A stretch of DNA of 64,000 nt from Octopus bimaculoides (GCF_001194135.2 NC_069004.1:31412775-31476774), one strand, 5' to 3'. Positions 36,804 through 50,417 are shown, counted from the first letter of the stretch. Numbers and translations are program-made. Notes: a model not told the origin generated them from the letters alone.

Positions 36804-37828
36804 AGTAGTAGTAGTAGTAGTAGTAGTATATTTATCCTACATTATATCAGCACAGTCCAGTGTCTGGGAGGGTAACTTTCTAGGTGCAATCCCATGGTCA
36901 GTCATGACCGAAGGGGGTCTCAGTAGTATATGCAAACAGGAAAAAAAATATCGCAACAGCTATATAAACTTACAGGTCTTCGACCTATGACTAGTTTGGT
37001 AACTGCCAACGCATGAAAGTCTCAGACCTTGAGTCACTCTGTTACTTCTGCTAAATATCAATAAAATATGTATATACAAATTTTAATGTATGCGTTTTAC
37101 TCCACATGCATTACATGCGCTACTAATAGCTTGACGTACATGACAAGTACGTTCATCAGACGCTGGTTCTTCTATGAAACCCCAGAAGTCTAAATAAGGG
37201 ACCAGACGAGAAGCAATACTCTTCTTGTTGACCATTTTACACACATCAATTTACTCTCTCTCTCTCTCTCTCTCAGCGGTTCAGAATCAGAGACCAATAC
37301 AATAAGTACTAGGCTCACAAAGAATAAGTCCCAGTGTCAATTTGGTTCGACTTAAGGCAGTGCTCCAGCATGGCCACAATCAAATAACAAAAACAAGAAA
37401 AAGAAGTAAAAGTCACTGTCAATAACCTTCTTGTTTAAGAAGAATAAATTTGTACTCTACAAAAGTGTAGAGTAACCAATCATATTAATGAAAAATTGTC
37501 TTTATTATAATTGAACATAAAAACAAACATTAATACACACACACACACACAAACATACATACATATTATAGAGAGTACACCCACACAAAAAAAGTAGGCT
37601 TTGCACAGTCTCCATCAAAGAAATTCACTCACAGAACAACTGAATGTCAATAGTGTGAGTGAAAGTTGCAAAATCAACAGCAACGAATGTCACTGGTCAA
37701 AAGAGTGGAATCCTGCAAAGGTCAAACGTGATTTCTTCAGCCATCTTTTCAAGAAAAAAAAAACAATAAGAAAAAAAAAACAATAAGTAAAATTTTTAAA
37801 AAAAAGGTAAAAATATTAAAGTGCTTAC

Positions 37829-38792
37829 CTTTTCTTCGACCACCAGAGCTAACTGTTGCTCAAGAGTCTCCCAGTCCATTTTTGGCAAAGTATCCTCGAT
37901 ATCATATATTCCACAATCTTGAGCGCCGGTTGAATCATTCTTTACTTCGCCGTTTTTCTTTTGCTTATTTTCCCATGTTGTAAAGTTCGGTTTGCCATGT
38001 TTTGAGTTCGCTACAACATCAACATCCAGATTATTCAGATCGCTGAAATTAGGTTTATACGAATTGGCAGCAGAGTCGGTTTTATAAAGACGACCGCCAC
38101 TCTGCAAACCTTCTGTGTCACAGCAGTCGACCGTATCGAGTTCGTTTGAATTTTCATCCCTCACAAAATCGTAGGAGTCTGTCGGAGTTTCTGCCAAATC
38201 GGCCGGAGAGGTCATAGTGGATTCAGTGAAGGAGCTTTCTTCGCTCATTGGGCTGTAGTCAGAGAAATCAGTCTTGTGGAGATCAAACGGCAGAACATCA
38301 GCATCGATCTTCTTCAGTTCGGCAAATTCTTGAGCCAAACTCAGGAAGTTTACCTTCTTCACTCTTTTGTGGAATTCTTCGTCAGTTTCATCAGGATTTT
38401 GTTGCAGAGTCTCAGACCTCGTACTGAAGCTATTACATTTCTCACTAATAATGGTTTCCTCTAAATCATTGGAATTAAAGATCTCTATTTCGTTGTCGGC
38501 AAGGTCTCGGAGCGGCCCAACAACTTCAGAATAATCAGATGATACAGATTCACATTCAGCATCTCTGATACGCCTGAACTGAGAGCCTCTGTCCGAGAGG
38601 TGGAGGCAGGACAAGTCATATTTCAGATCTGTAGGTTTGGTGAGGTCAGACAGTTGTTGTGGGTCTTCTTCGTCGAATATGCCGTCAGATTTGGGAGAAT
38701 CTATTCTGGGAAAATCTTCTGAAGTGATGTTGTTGTTATAGGAATTCTTCAGTTCTTGGAATCCAGAATTTGAGTCCCACAATTCATTATCG
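37829..38792 (-). CDS. SCHIP1: SCHIP1 large acidic N-terminal exon (DNELWDSNSG...MDWETLEQQLALVVEEK)
   Basis: atattttcag acceptor, gtaagc donor, 964 bp, phase 2-0; track ORF 37796-38830; ends in the MDWE.LE motif. Confidence 0.92.
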
Positions 38793-38947
38793 CTGAAAAT
38801 ATAGAAATAATTCAATAAATTATATATCAATACATATGTGTGAGTGTACAGTGGGTGTGCATGTACTGTATGTGTGTGTGTGCGAATGTATTGTGTGTGT
38901 GTGTGAAAAAGCCTCTTACGTGCACATGGATGATTAATTCAAAATAA

Positions 38948-39175
38948 TGTGGCCGTTGCCAGTACCGCCTGACTGGCCTTCGTGTGGGTGACACGTAAAA
39001 GCACTCACTACACTCTCTGAGTGGTTGGCGTTAGGAAGGGCATCCAGCTGTAGAAACTCTGCCAAATCAGATTGGAGCCTGGTGTTGCCATCCGGTTTCA
39101 CCAGTCCTCAGTCAAATCGTCCAACCCATGCTAGCATGGAAAGCGGACGTTAAACGATGACGATGATGATGATGA
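38948..39175 (+). mobile_element. Family C copy (young), in the intron between exons 38792 and 39376
   Basis: As above. Minus copies at about 4345-4560, 28505-28720, 36500-36683 and 40615-40780; related variants at about 7420, 52180, 54030 and 58080. Confidence 0.85.
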
Positions 39176-39375
39176 ATGTGAATAAATAAGCATTACATTT
39201 GACACGGTAATCTAAAAGCTTAAAGTATGATTTCAGGGAGACTTGGTTGCTATTTCTGGCAGGTCAAGCTACCACATAGAAGTTTATTGGTTCACTCAAC
39301 AGAGTTAGATGTGCATCTATGAGATGCATGAAGGTGCAAGGGTGCAGAATAAAAAGTTAAGGATCGGTCACTTAC

Positions 39376-39453
39376 CCGTCATTGGTTAAAGTTGTGCTGT
39401 TTTCGAGTCTGTCACAGGAATTCTCGTCAGATTCCAGTATGTTGAGGTTTTGT
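39376..39453 (-). CDS. SCHIP1: SCHIP1 exon QNLNILESDENSCDRLENSTTLTND(G)
   Basis: ctcttttcag acceptor, gtaagt donor, 78 bp, phase 2-2, open and in frame with the next exon. Confidence 0.8.
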
Positions 39454-41298
39454 CTGAAAAGAGAAGCGGGGAAAAGATTATAAAAGAGTCTAACTATATG
39501 ATCACCATCATCATCATCATCATCATTATTATTATTGTTATTATTATTGTTATTATTATTATTATTGACCTTGTGCCTAAATCAGAAAAAACATTATATT
39601 GAAAGATTGTATAAACAAAAAACGGATGGCAAGCTGGCAGACTCGTTAGGATGCTGGGCAAAATGCTCGGTAACATTTCTTCTGGTTCTGTACATTCCGA
39701 GTTCAAATGCCAAGGTCAACTTTGCCTTTCATCCTTTTCGATGGGGGTTCAATACAATAAGTACCAGATGAATACTGAGGGGTGGGGGGTCAATGTAATC
39801 AACTCGCCACATCTCTGAAATTTGAGGGCTTTGTGACATAATTTGAAACCATTTTTATTGTTACAAAAAATTATTATCAAGCCTTCTGACAACATGGTTC
39901 CGGGTTCAATCCCACTGTGTGGCACCTTGGGCAAGTGTCTTCTACAATAGCCTCAGGCCAACTAAAGCCTTGTGAGTGGATTTGGTAGATGGAAACTGAA
40001 AGAAGCCTGCCATATAAATGCATGTGTGTGTGCGTGTGTATGTGCATGCATATGTGTGTGTGCTTATATCTTTGGTCTGTGTTTGTAACCCCACCACCTG
40101 ACAAGATCCACTTTGCCTTTCGTCCCTTTTCGGGGGTCGATAAAATAAGTACCAGTTGAGAAGTGAGGTCAGTGCAATTGACTAACTGACTCTTAACATA
40201 ACTGGCACACCATTGGTTGCGACGACAAGGGTTCCAGTTGATCCGACAAATGGAACAGCCTGCTCGTGAAATTAACGTGCAAGTGGCTGAGTACTCCATA
40301 GACATGTGTACCTTCAACATAGTTCTCAGAGAGATTCAGCGTGGCAAAGGATGTGACAGGTACAACTCGGTTTTGCCAGTGGAGTGGACTGGAGCAAGGT
40401 AAAGTAAAGTGCCTTGCTTAAGGAGACAATGCATTGCTAGGAACTGAAATCACAACCTTATGATTGCAAGCTGAATGCCTTGACCCCTAAGCCATGCGCC
40501 TTCATTGACTAATCCACTCGCCATAATTTCAGGCCTTGTGTCTATAGTAAAACAAAAAAAGGATTATTTAGAGGAGTTCTGATATACCCACAAGGCCACA
40601 AATCTGGGGAGGGATCATCATCATCATCATCATCATTTAACATCTATCTTCCTAGCTGGCATGGTTTGACAGGGTATTGGCAAACTGCAGGGCCACATTG
40701 AGTTTCAGTGTCATCTTCGGCATGGTTTCTATGGCGGAATATCCTTCCTAACACCAACCGTTTTACAGCATGCTCTGGGCGAGATTGCCAAGGAATTTTC
40801 AAAACAGAAAAAGACAAAGAAGGAAAGGGAGAAAAAAGCCCCTTCTACTAAGAGAGGAATTACTTGGGAGGGGAAAGCGAGTGGCTTTATGTCAAATGTT
40901 GAAAGGCTGAATTAAAAAGGGTAAGACACCCTGTCCCTTTCGTCATGAAATGAATGACCAGGGAATTGCACCTAGAAAGTTCCCATATGAGGTACAAATC
41001 CAGGCAAGGTTGTTTATGGAAGACCAGCAAGCGGTCACCCATGCATAGCAGCTTCCCATCTCCACGCCACCGATATTTTCCAAAGGAGAGGTCAGTTCTT
41101 GACAAGACTAAAGGACCTTCTCAATCATATGTTGTTCTATTCATTTCCAAGATGTACAGGGATGCAAGCATGACACCAGTACCAGTGGGGTTGCTTTGTG
41201 CCTAACAAAGCTCTGCAGTGTGGCCATTTGCTCAAGTCAATATCACCATCAGGATGAAAGAGCAGCATCACCACCACTACCACTATTACTACTAACAA

Positions 41299-41512
41299 TG
41301 GTTTCTACTCTAGGCACAAGGCCCGAAATTTTTTGGGGGGGGAGCCAGTTGATTAGATTGACCCCAGTACACAACCGGTACTTAATTTATTGACCCCGAA
41401 AGGATAAAAGGCAAAGTCGACCTTGGCAGAATTTGAACTCAGAACTTAAAGACAGATGAAATACCATTAAGCATTTCACCCGGCGTGCTAACGATTCTGC
41501 CAGCTCACCGCC
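41299..41512 (-). mobile_element. SINE family B
   Basis: Full reverse copy. Confidence 0.85.
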
Positions 41513-42668
41513 TTACTATTACTACTACTAATATTACCCCTACTACTACCATCACTATCACAACTATACCACTTCTATCACCAGACTACCACCACCACCA
41601 CCACTCCTACCACCACTACCACTACGCCTACTACCACCAGCACCAGCACCACCACTCCTACTGCCACCACTACCTCTAAGTTATATAAATACAACAAACT
41701 CAGTCTGTTAATTTAACTGGGTTTTTTTTTTGTTATTGTTTTTCTTTTTCATTTTTCATTTTGAAGTTAAGGTGGCAGTGGTGGTGATGGTGGTGGTGGT
41801 GGCGCCAATAGAAGTGGTGGGGACGGAAAGAAATAATCATTGTGGTATAATGGTCATAGTTATGTAGTAGTGGTGGTGGTGGTCATAGTGCCAGTGGTAG
41901 TGCAGACAGTAGTAGGTTCCTATGAAGATCGCAACGTAGAAGTAGACCATGACGGTGCATAGTGTACAGACGAAGGTGGTGGTGGTGGTGGTGGAGGGGT
42001 GTGAAGGTGGAATCACAGGCAATACTGCAGCAGTAGCAACAACAACAACAACAACAGTAACAGTTGTAGGAGACATAAAAAGGTCAAAGACAGATCAGTG
42101 TTGTTGAGGTGGTTCATTGTAGCAGTGCAGCAGTGGGGTGGTGGGCAGGGTGGGGAGGTGGAAATTACGTGTGTGTGTGTATATATACATATATAATCTA
42201 TGTATACACACACACACAAACTGTGTGTGTAGATGTGTGTGTATATATATTTATACATATATACATTTATGTACATACATACACACACATAAAATATGTG
42301 TTGGTGTGTATAAATACATATATACATATAATATATATATATACATATAGACATTTATCCCCCCCCATTCTGACCACCCCGTTATCATCCCCCTATTCTT
42401 CAATGCTCCTCTGGATCTTTCCACCACCCCCACCCCCAAGAGGGCAGTACTACCAACTTTAGGAACCACTGCATTAGAGGGTTCCACCTATTAAAGGGAA
42501 CAGTTACATGGTCAAAATCGCTATGAAGAATATGGAGATAGGGAAACGTACCCGGTCCATCAAAGAATGATCTTTGACATGCTGAAAATATCTGGGAAAA
42601 CAGGATGCATAGCATGTAATTTAATATGCGATTACATCACCAACCAGACTATTGGACATTGTTATAAA

Positions 42669-42997
42669 GGAGCACTCTGTCGGTTATGACGACGAGGGTC
42701 CCAGCTGATACAATCAACGGAACAGCCTGCCCGTGAAATTAACGTGCAAGTGGCTGAGCACTCCACAGACATGTGTACCCTTAAGGTAGTTCGCGGTGAG
42801 ATTCAGCGTGACACAGAGTGTGACAAGGCCGACCCTTTGAAATACAGGTACTACTCATTTTTGCCAACGGAGTGGGCTGGAACAACATGAAATAAATAAA
42901 GTGTCTTGCTCAAGGACACAACGCATCGCTGGGGATTGAACTCACCACCTTACAATCGCGAGCCGAATGTCCTAACCACTAAGCCAAGCGCCTTCAC
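42669..42997 (-). mobile_element. CORE-type tRNA SINE (family D)
   Basis: Reverse strand reads gtgaaggcgcttggcttagtggttagg (A box)...gagttcaatccc (B box)...gtgtccttgagcaagacacttta (CORE-like). Another copy at about 40200-40505. Confidence 0.85.
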
Positions 42998-44036
42998 ATT
43001 GTTATACAACGCTGGTCACAATGCATTTGCAGGGCAACGTTCCCCACTGATCAAAAGGGGGACAACAGGAGCAACGTGAAATGAAGTGTTTTTTCTGAAG
43101 AAAACAATGTACTGCCCAGTCTTGGAATTGAACCTACCATCTATCAATCATGAGTGAGACAGCCTAACCACTAGGCCACGAGCCTTTACAATAATGTAAT
43201 ATAACATATAAATATACATAATATGTTTGCCTCATCTTGTCAGATGATAGCCAGAGTGTTCAGATTTACTTTCATCCTTGCATCTGTGCGGATATCCATT
43301 GTCATAGGAGTTTATGAAATACAAAACAGATGAAGAAATGAAACGACACTGAGGCAGCTGTGCATTATTGGATTTAAGTAACTAAAGCTTGCACAACACT
43401 TTTGCCACTCTCTCGGTCACCATAGAAGGATCCAGTGACAAGCATTACAAGATGACCGGTTCTATTTTGATTGTAAGTTTTATGTGAGAGTATCTTTCTC
43501 CGAGAAGAAATGCCTTTGTCACAGCTTTGTCAGAAATATTGGGAGTCCCCTTCTATCCATGGGAAATCTATTTTACTCATAGGTGGGACCCTAACAGACA
43601 TGGCCATTCTAGGTCAGAACAAACCTGGGAGTAATGATAATTAAGGGATGACTTCATGATCCCAACAACTCCAGAACTGGGGCCCCATTACCAGATACAG
43701 TTTAATACAATATGTGTGTCTGTGTGTGACTCCTCGTCGAATTTTATTCTCTCTCTCTCCTTTCCTTTACATGCCGACCACCAAAGCGACCGATCGTATT
43801 TTCTCTCGTCTCCCACTTTCAACGCATTTTGTTGTCTCTCTCTCATCCTTCTGTTTCTAATTCTTTAGGATATTCCTTCTGCTGTTAATCATTCTTTCGT
43901 CTCTTGTCTGGCCCTAACACCATATTCTCTTTCTTTATTTCATTTATGCAACACCAGTAAGGTGCTTTTTATGTGGCACCAGCACTTGAAAGGACAAGTC
44001 TTTATGTGTGAAAGACGGCAAATTTACTCCGCTTTG

Positions 44037-44361
44037 ATGAAGGTGTGCGGCTTAGTAGTTAGGGCATTCCACTCACGATCGCAAGGTCGTTAGTTTAATC
44101 CCCGGCGACGCATTGTGTCCTTGAGCAAGACACTTTATTTCATGTTGCTCCAGTCCACTCAGATGGCAAAAATGAGGTGTACCTGTATTTCAAAGGACCA
44201 GCCTTGTCACACTCTGCGTCACGCTGAATCTCCCTGAGAACTATGTTAAGGGTACATGTGTCTGTGGAGTGCTCAGTCACTTGCACATTAATTTCACAAG
44301 CAAGTTGTTCTGTTGATCGGATCAGCTGGGACCCTTGTTGTCATAACCAACAGAATGCTCC
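44037..44361 (+). mobile_element. CORE-type tRNA SINE (family D)
   Basis: Forward copy of the same family. Confidence 0.85.
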
Positions 44362-44365
44362 TATA

Positions 44366-44745
44366 CTCTCTCTTTTACTTGTTTCAGTCATTTGTCTGCG
44401 GCCATGCTGGAGCACCGCCTTTAGTCAAGCAAATCGACCCCAGGACTTATTCTTTGTAAGCCTAGTACTTATTCTATCGGTCTCTTATGCTGAACCACTA
44501 AGTTACGGGGACGTAAACACACCAGTATAAGTTGTCAAATGGTGTTAAGGGGACAAACACACACACACACATATATATATACATATACATATATACGACA
44601 GGCTTCTTTCAGTTTCTGTCTACCAAATCCACTCATAAGGCTTTGGTCAGCCCGAGGCTATAATAGAAAACACTTGCCCAGGGTGCCATGCAGTGGGACT
44701 GAACCTGAAACCATGTGGTTGGTAAGCAAGCTACTTACCACACAG

Positions 44746-44748
<3 letters not shown>
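44366..44748 (-). mobile_element. SINE family A, well-preserved copy
   Basis: Full reverse copy; others at about 45775-46290 (composite) and 49170-49455. Confidence 0.88.
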
Positions 44749-44794
<46 letters not shown>

Positions 44795-46590
44795 TGTATA
44801 TATATAAAGGTAATTTTCATATCCAACTTAACGTGGATGTCTTGTTAGAACACCAAATACTGCGTTATTAGCCTTGAGAGATCCTCTCACATGAGTGCTT
44901 GCTGCATGAAAGGATCCCTCAAGACTAGGGACACAGTATCAATGAGTTCCAATAATACATCCACGCCAAATTGCATATAAAGATTACCATTTGGCATTAA
45001 TACTGCTTCCACGTGTGGGTGGGTGTGAGAGTGTATAATTATGGTGTAGAATTACCAGAAGTTTGACAAAATTTAGGTGGGGACGCACACATGTACACAC
45101 ATATGTCTGTGTGTGTGTGTGTGTGTGTGCTTGTTACGAGCTGTAATTGAAAAAAAATCGCTCTCGGCTGAAATTACATCATCAGTTCAGCAATGACAGG
45201 GAGGGTGGCGATGACGAGAAATACTATATCTTTCATGCTGCATACACATGGATCAAGTAACACATGTATATCATGCAAGTAGACAAAAACAAAATATAAA
45301 AATAAAAATAATTTGGAACATATATAATTACCTATGTATGTAGGTAAATGCACAACAGTATATATGTGCGTGTGTGTGTGCATTTTTCGTTTTTCTTTTT
45401 TCTTGTTTAAAGTAACATAATACTAGGTCAAGTTTCCATTGCTTTTTTTTTTTCTGCTGAAGTTACTTCCTTTATCACCATGTTTACAGTCAAACACAAC
45501 TACCTACATATATATAGTCACACAAAACTTTATATACATACATACATATATATGTATATATACAAGAAATATAAGTCAGTACACCACCAATTCGGCCCCC
45601 ACCCAATCCATTTTCAGAAAACGAGTGTACAATTATCTGCAGGATGGTCAAATTAATTCAAGTGACACAAAAAACCTGAAAAATTATCAACTTTATTTAC
45701 TGTTTTCAGCGGTCAACGTACAAACAAACAAACTTAGCTTTTTGTAAAGATATAAGATATATATTGATTTAGTGTATCTTTTACTTGTTTCAATCATTAG
45801 ACTATGGCCATACTGGGGCATTGCCTTCAATTCTTTGTTTTTTAGTTCAATAAATCAATCCCCATACATTTTTTTTTGCTGTTATGGGGGATGTAAACAA
45901 ACCAACACTGGCTGCCAAGTGATAGTGGAGTGCAAAAACACACACACATACACATGATGGGCTTCTTTCAGTTTCCATCTACAAAATCCACTCACAAGGC
46001 TTTGGATTTATTCTTTGTAAGTCTAGAACTTATTCTATCGGTTTCCTTTTGCCAAATCGCTAAGCTACGTGAACGTAAACACACCAACATCGGTTATCAA
46101 GCGATGGTAGGGGGACAAACACAGACACACACACATGTGCGACGGGCTTCTTTCAGTTTCCGTCTACCAAAGCCACTCACAAGGCTTTGGTCGGCCCGAG
46201 GCTTTAAGACACTTGCCCAAGGTGCCACGCAGTGAGATTGAACCCGGAACCATGTGGTTGGTAAGCAAGCTACTTACCACACAGCCACATGTGTCTGAGT
46301 GTCTAAATGTACAAGTATATACTGTTACACAGAACTGATCCTCATGTATAGTCAAACACACACACACAGAGTTCTAACTGTAAGGGAGGTAACCACTCAC
46401 TGCTGTGCACACACGAAAGTGTAATTGAGAAAAAAGAAGCAAAAATTAAACACGTTTAGTACTTTCCCTTTAATAAAAAACAACAACAAAAAATATATAT
46501 ATACATATAAGTGTGTGTGTATGTGTGCATCTGTAAATGAATGAATTAAACAAAAATATCTCGGATTTTAGATAAATTACCTCCCCTTAC

Positions 46591-46672
46591 ACAAAGGTGG
46601 ACTTCAGGAGAACGGACGTGGTCAAGAGAAGTGAAGTATTGAAAAGCACTTGGAGAGGATAGGGATGTAACT
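46591..46672 (-). CDS. Speculative upstream exon (E)LHPYPLQVLFNTSLLLTTSVLLKSTF(V)
   Basis: gtcttcttag acceptor and gt|gtaagg donor; 82 bp, phase 1-2, fits exon 39453. No homology recognised. Confidence 0.25.
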
Positions 46673-47965
46673 CTAAGAAGACAAAAAAACTATCAGAACG
46701 GAAAGAAATTAAAGGAAGAAGGAAAAGAAAGAAAGAAAAACAGGGCTCCAGCATGGCCAATAACACCAGCCCAGAAATTTAAATCAGTAAAACTATAAAA
46801 ATCTTTTGAAAATGAAAGACAAACAGACAAATTATATAATGACCCTTAAAACAGTTGTTGATGGCAGGAGAGGTGGTCACAGTTGGACGCTTGGTTTGGA
46901 AAAAGGCAAGAAAAGGTTGGGTGGTTTACCAAGTGAGTTTTACAGAATGGCAGGTCATCTCATTGTGTCATCTTCTCCTTAATTCCACATGATGCTGCAG
47001 TGTGTATATAATAACAGTCTACCAAGGCAGGTGACAGACAAAAAAAAACAAAAAAAACAGAAGCTGGCAAAGTGAGACAGGTGACAATCAAGTGTCTGCA
47101 GCTTAAAAACCTGGTCACAGTAAATTGTGAGAGTGTGGTTGAGTAGTAGTGGTGGGAGGAAGAAAATTTAAGAAGATTTGAAATGTGGCCGCAGTTGTAA
47201 TCACTATTTAACATCTGTCTGTCTGTCTTCCGTGCTGACAAAGGTGTGCGTGAGACAGTTTGAGAGGAGCCGATGAGCCGAAGGACTGTTGCAAGCTCCA
47301 ATGTATATATATTTATATATATACATGTGTGTGTGTGTTTATATACACATGGATATATGTATGTCTGTGTGTATACGTATATATGCATATACTCATTTAT
47401 TATTTGTTATATATATAGAGAGAGAGAGACAGAGAGAGATAGATAGATAGATAGATATGAGTATATATATATGAGTAAAGAATGGTATGTGTGTGTGTCA
47501 AAAGAGAAATATATTTTGTGTGTGTATGTATATATACATACAAGTAAAAGAAGTACAAGTGTATGTGTTTATATGTATGAGCATGTAAAAGAGTAATATA
47601 CACATATGTGTATATATATATGCGTAAAAAAAGTGTGTGTGTATAAAAACCAGTGCCAGGTTATTTCAAATTGTGTTATGTCTCATGGGGCCTTAGAGAA
47701 ATATGTTAAGTTTAGCACATGTAACAGCGTGGTGGTGGAGATGCCGGGGAGGGGGGGGGGCTGTGTAGTGGTAGTTTTGGGGGACGTGTTGATGGGGGTA
47801 ACCNNNNNNNNNNGGACGTGTTGATGGGGGTAACCTTTGTGTTGGTAGTGATGGCAATGACTTCAGATGTAGTGGTGGTGGTGGTGGTGGTGGTGGTGGT
47901 AGTGGTGGTGGTGGCAGTGACTTCGGAGATAGCGGTAGTCATAGTAGCATTAGTGTTGGCAACAG

Positions 47966-47996
<31 letters not shown>

Positions 47997-48562
47997 GATG
48001 ATGGCAATGGTGATGATGTATAAGTCATTGTTATGAGGTGTCATATGAAGATGATGACATATGTGAAGTGTTGCTGGTAACAGGGGTGGTGGGGAAGGGT
48101 GTAATGCAAATTGTGGTGGGGACAGAGATGCCATTCAAAGTGACCTTGGTAATGATGATGATGATGATGGTGGTTGTATTGTTTTGTCCCAAGGATCTCA
48201 CCATTTTTTTTATATATATATATCACGGACCAGTGTCTATTCTTCTTGAGTTGATATGGTAGGGTCTGATCTGAGGAAGATTTAGCTGCTAGTTTTAGCA
48301 TGTCAGGTAGATACATAATCTCCCTCATTAGATCAGCAGGTGATGGTGTTGGCAGTGGTAGTCATGTTAATGATTGGGATGGTGGTGGTGATGGTGGTAG
48401 TGGTGGTGTCAATGGTAGTGGCAGTGATAGTGTTGATGCTGGTGATAGCAATGATGATGATGATGATGATGAAGGTGGTGGTGATGATGATGGTGACGGT
48501 CAGAAGTCTGTATATGTATGTGCGTGTGTGTGTGTGTATATATATATATGAGTATATATGTA

Positions 48563-48603
<41 letters not shown>

Positions 48604-48951
48604 AAAGTGTATATGTGTGTGAGTATGTATGTATTTATGTGTGTGTGTGTGTTGGCCATTGTCATGAGAAGAGAAGGAAAAAAATGTGATGACATATCGG
48701 AAATGTGATAGTTCTGACATTTCTTGTATTCATACTCCATCACCATCACCACCACCACCACCACATCTGAACACTTTCTGGCAGGATGGAGGAGGGGTGG
48801 GGGTGAACACCCCATTTAATATTTAAACCCCACCCCCCACACAGTATAGAGCCAACAGAGTCATGCGATAAGAGAATATTTCCTTTTTCTTATAAATAGA
48901 GCCGTTGCTGTTGTTGTTGTTGTTGTTGCTTAACATTCATTCACTCCTTAC

Positions 48952-49012
48952 CTCCTCCTCCTCCTCCACCACCGTATCGTCCCCCCCCCCCACTAATTCC
49001 TCTGTTGGTCAT
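48952..49012 (-). CDS. Speculative first coding exon MTNRGISGGGGRYGGGGGGG
   Basis: Strong donor GAG|gtaagg in phase 1, compatible with 46672. Depends on an 11-nt homopolymer length; no homology recognised. Confidence 0.2.
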
Positions 49013-50383
49013 CTCTGCTGAAGTTGACTTCTATGACACAGAAGTAGCTAACTTAGGATTAAACCCAGACAAGTCTTCTATTTTAGAAGTTGCTGTCCAC
49101 TTAGCAGCATTGATGTGGGAATTAATGGGAAGGGGGTGGGGGCGCGCGTGTGTGCGTGTATACGCACTAAGGCCAGTGCTTATTTCATCAGTCTCTCTTG
49201 CCCAACCGCTAAGTTACAGGGATGTAAAGAAACGAACACCAACTGTCAGTCAATGGAGGGAAGATGAACATAAACATACACACACACACATGGGCTTCCA
49301 CACAGTTTCTATCTGTCAAATTCACTCACAAAGCATTGGTTGGCCCAGAGTAAAAGTAGAAGAAACATGCCCAGTGTGCTGTGCATTGGGACTGAACCCA
49401 GGAACGCATTGTTGGGAAGCGAACCTCTTAACAACACAGCTATGGCTGCACCCCTACAAATGTATATGTATGTATGTGTGTGTGTATGTGTATGTACGTG
49501 TATGCACACAGAGAGATGGAAGTATGTGGCTTAGTGGTTAGGGTGTTGCACCCTTCATCATAAGATTGTAAGAGTGTTTTTTCGAGTTTTAGGAATGACC
49601 AAAAGTCACACAGAACCAAGTCTGGGGTGTAGAAAACCTGACGAACAAGTGGTGCATTATGCTGGATGAGGAATGCTTGGACGATGTGGAGGGAATGAGT
49701 GGGTGTGTTGTCATGGTGGAGTTGCCAGTTCTTTGCTACCCACAGGTCAGGCCATTTTCACTTGTGGCCAAAGTGTCAGAAGACATTCACCCAAAGCCAA
49801 CATGCAACAGGGCTGAATCTGGAACCATGTGGTTACAAACCAGACATTTTAACCACGTGGCCAACCTTGCTGCAGCCCTCCACCCCCTCCCCAATTTAGA
49901 CCAGACATTATCAGAAAATTAGAAGTTAAATTAATACTTACTGGTCTAGTTCATTCCCATCGGAATAATCCTTAATGGTGTTGTTTAAATGGAGATTTTC
50001 CTAAGAAAAAGAAGAAGAAAAGAAAGTGAGATCCACAGTAAATAAATAGAATGGGAAAAGATTCAGACGTTCTTTAGATAAATATATATTTGTATGCAAT
50101 AAATATTATTATTATAATTTTTATAACCATTTTCATTATTTGTATTGATAGTACGCATTTTTTACTATTGTTATTTTTAACTTATTATCATTACTATTGT
50201 TTTCATTATCGTTATCATTATTGTTATTATCATTCTTAATATCATTATCGTTATTGTTATTCTTATTACATATCCAAGTTAATATGGATGCCTAACAAGG
50301 TATTCAAATTAAGTTGGATATAAAGATTATCTTTTGATATTAATACTGCTTCTGTCGCTAATAATCAATTATCATTATTATTA

Positions 50384-50417
<34 letters not shown>

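Larger units (their letters stand above)
1914..39453 (-). other. SCHIP1: SCHIP1 orthologue gene span (8 chained coding exons; 5' end not resolved)
   Basis: Exons below join in phase. Motifs MDWETLEQQL, DREEIRRKLAMG, GMNLQLCF, LQEEAKLALAQ, MQLEVEKQMKKKSPIAEM, QLQVIVNDLLSQI and [31 protein letters not shown] match human SCHIP1 as recalled. Confidence 0.95.

Noticed and set aside
44037-44110. tRNA-like A/B boxes (also in other SINE heads)
   Set aside because: They run straight into SINE bodies and lack a complete cloverleaf; not tRNA genes.
45178-45238. MKDIVFLVIATLPVIAELM exon candidate (phase 2)
   Set aside because: Weak donor, and a signal-peptide-like N-terminus is implausible for cytoplasmic SCHIP1; no other support.
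46931-46959. Minus-strand MTCHSVKLT with a phase-2 donor as a first exon
   Set aside because: Splicing to either downstream candidate acceptor creates TG+A = stop.
47783-47835. 22-bp direct repeat ggacgtgttgatgggggtaacc
   Set aside because: It flanks a 10-N gap, so it is most likely unmerged overlapping contig ends.
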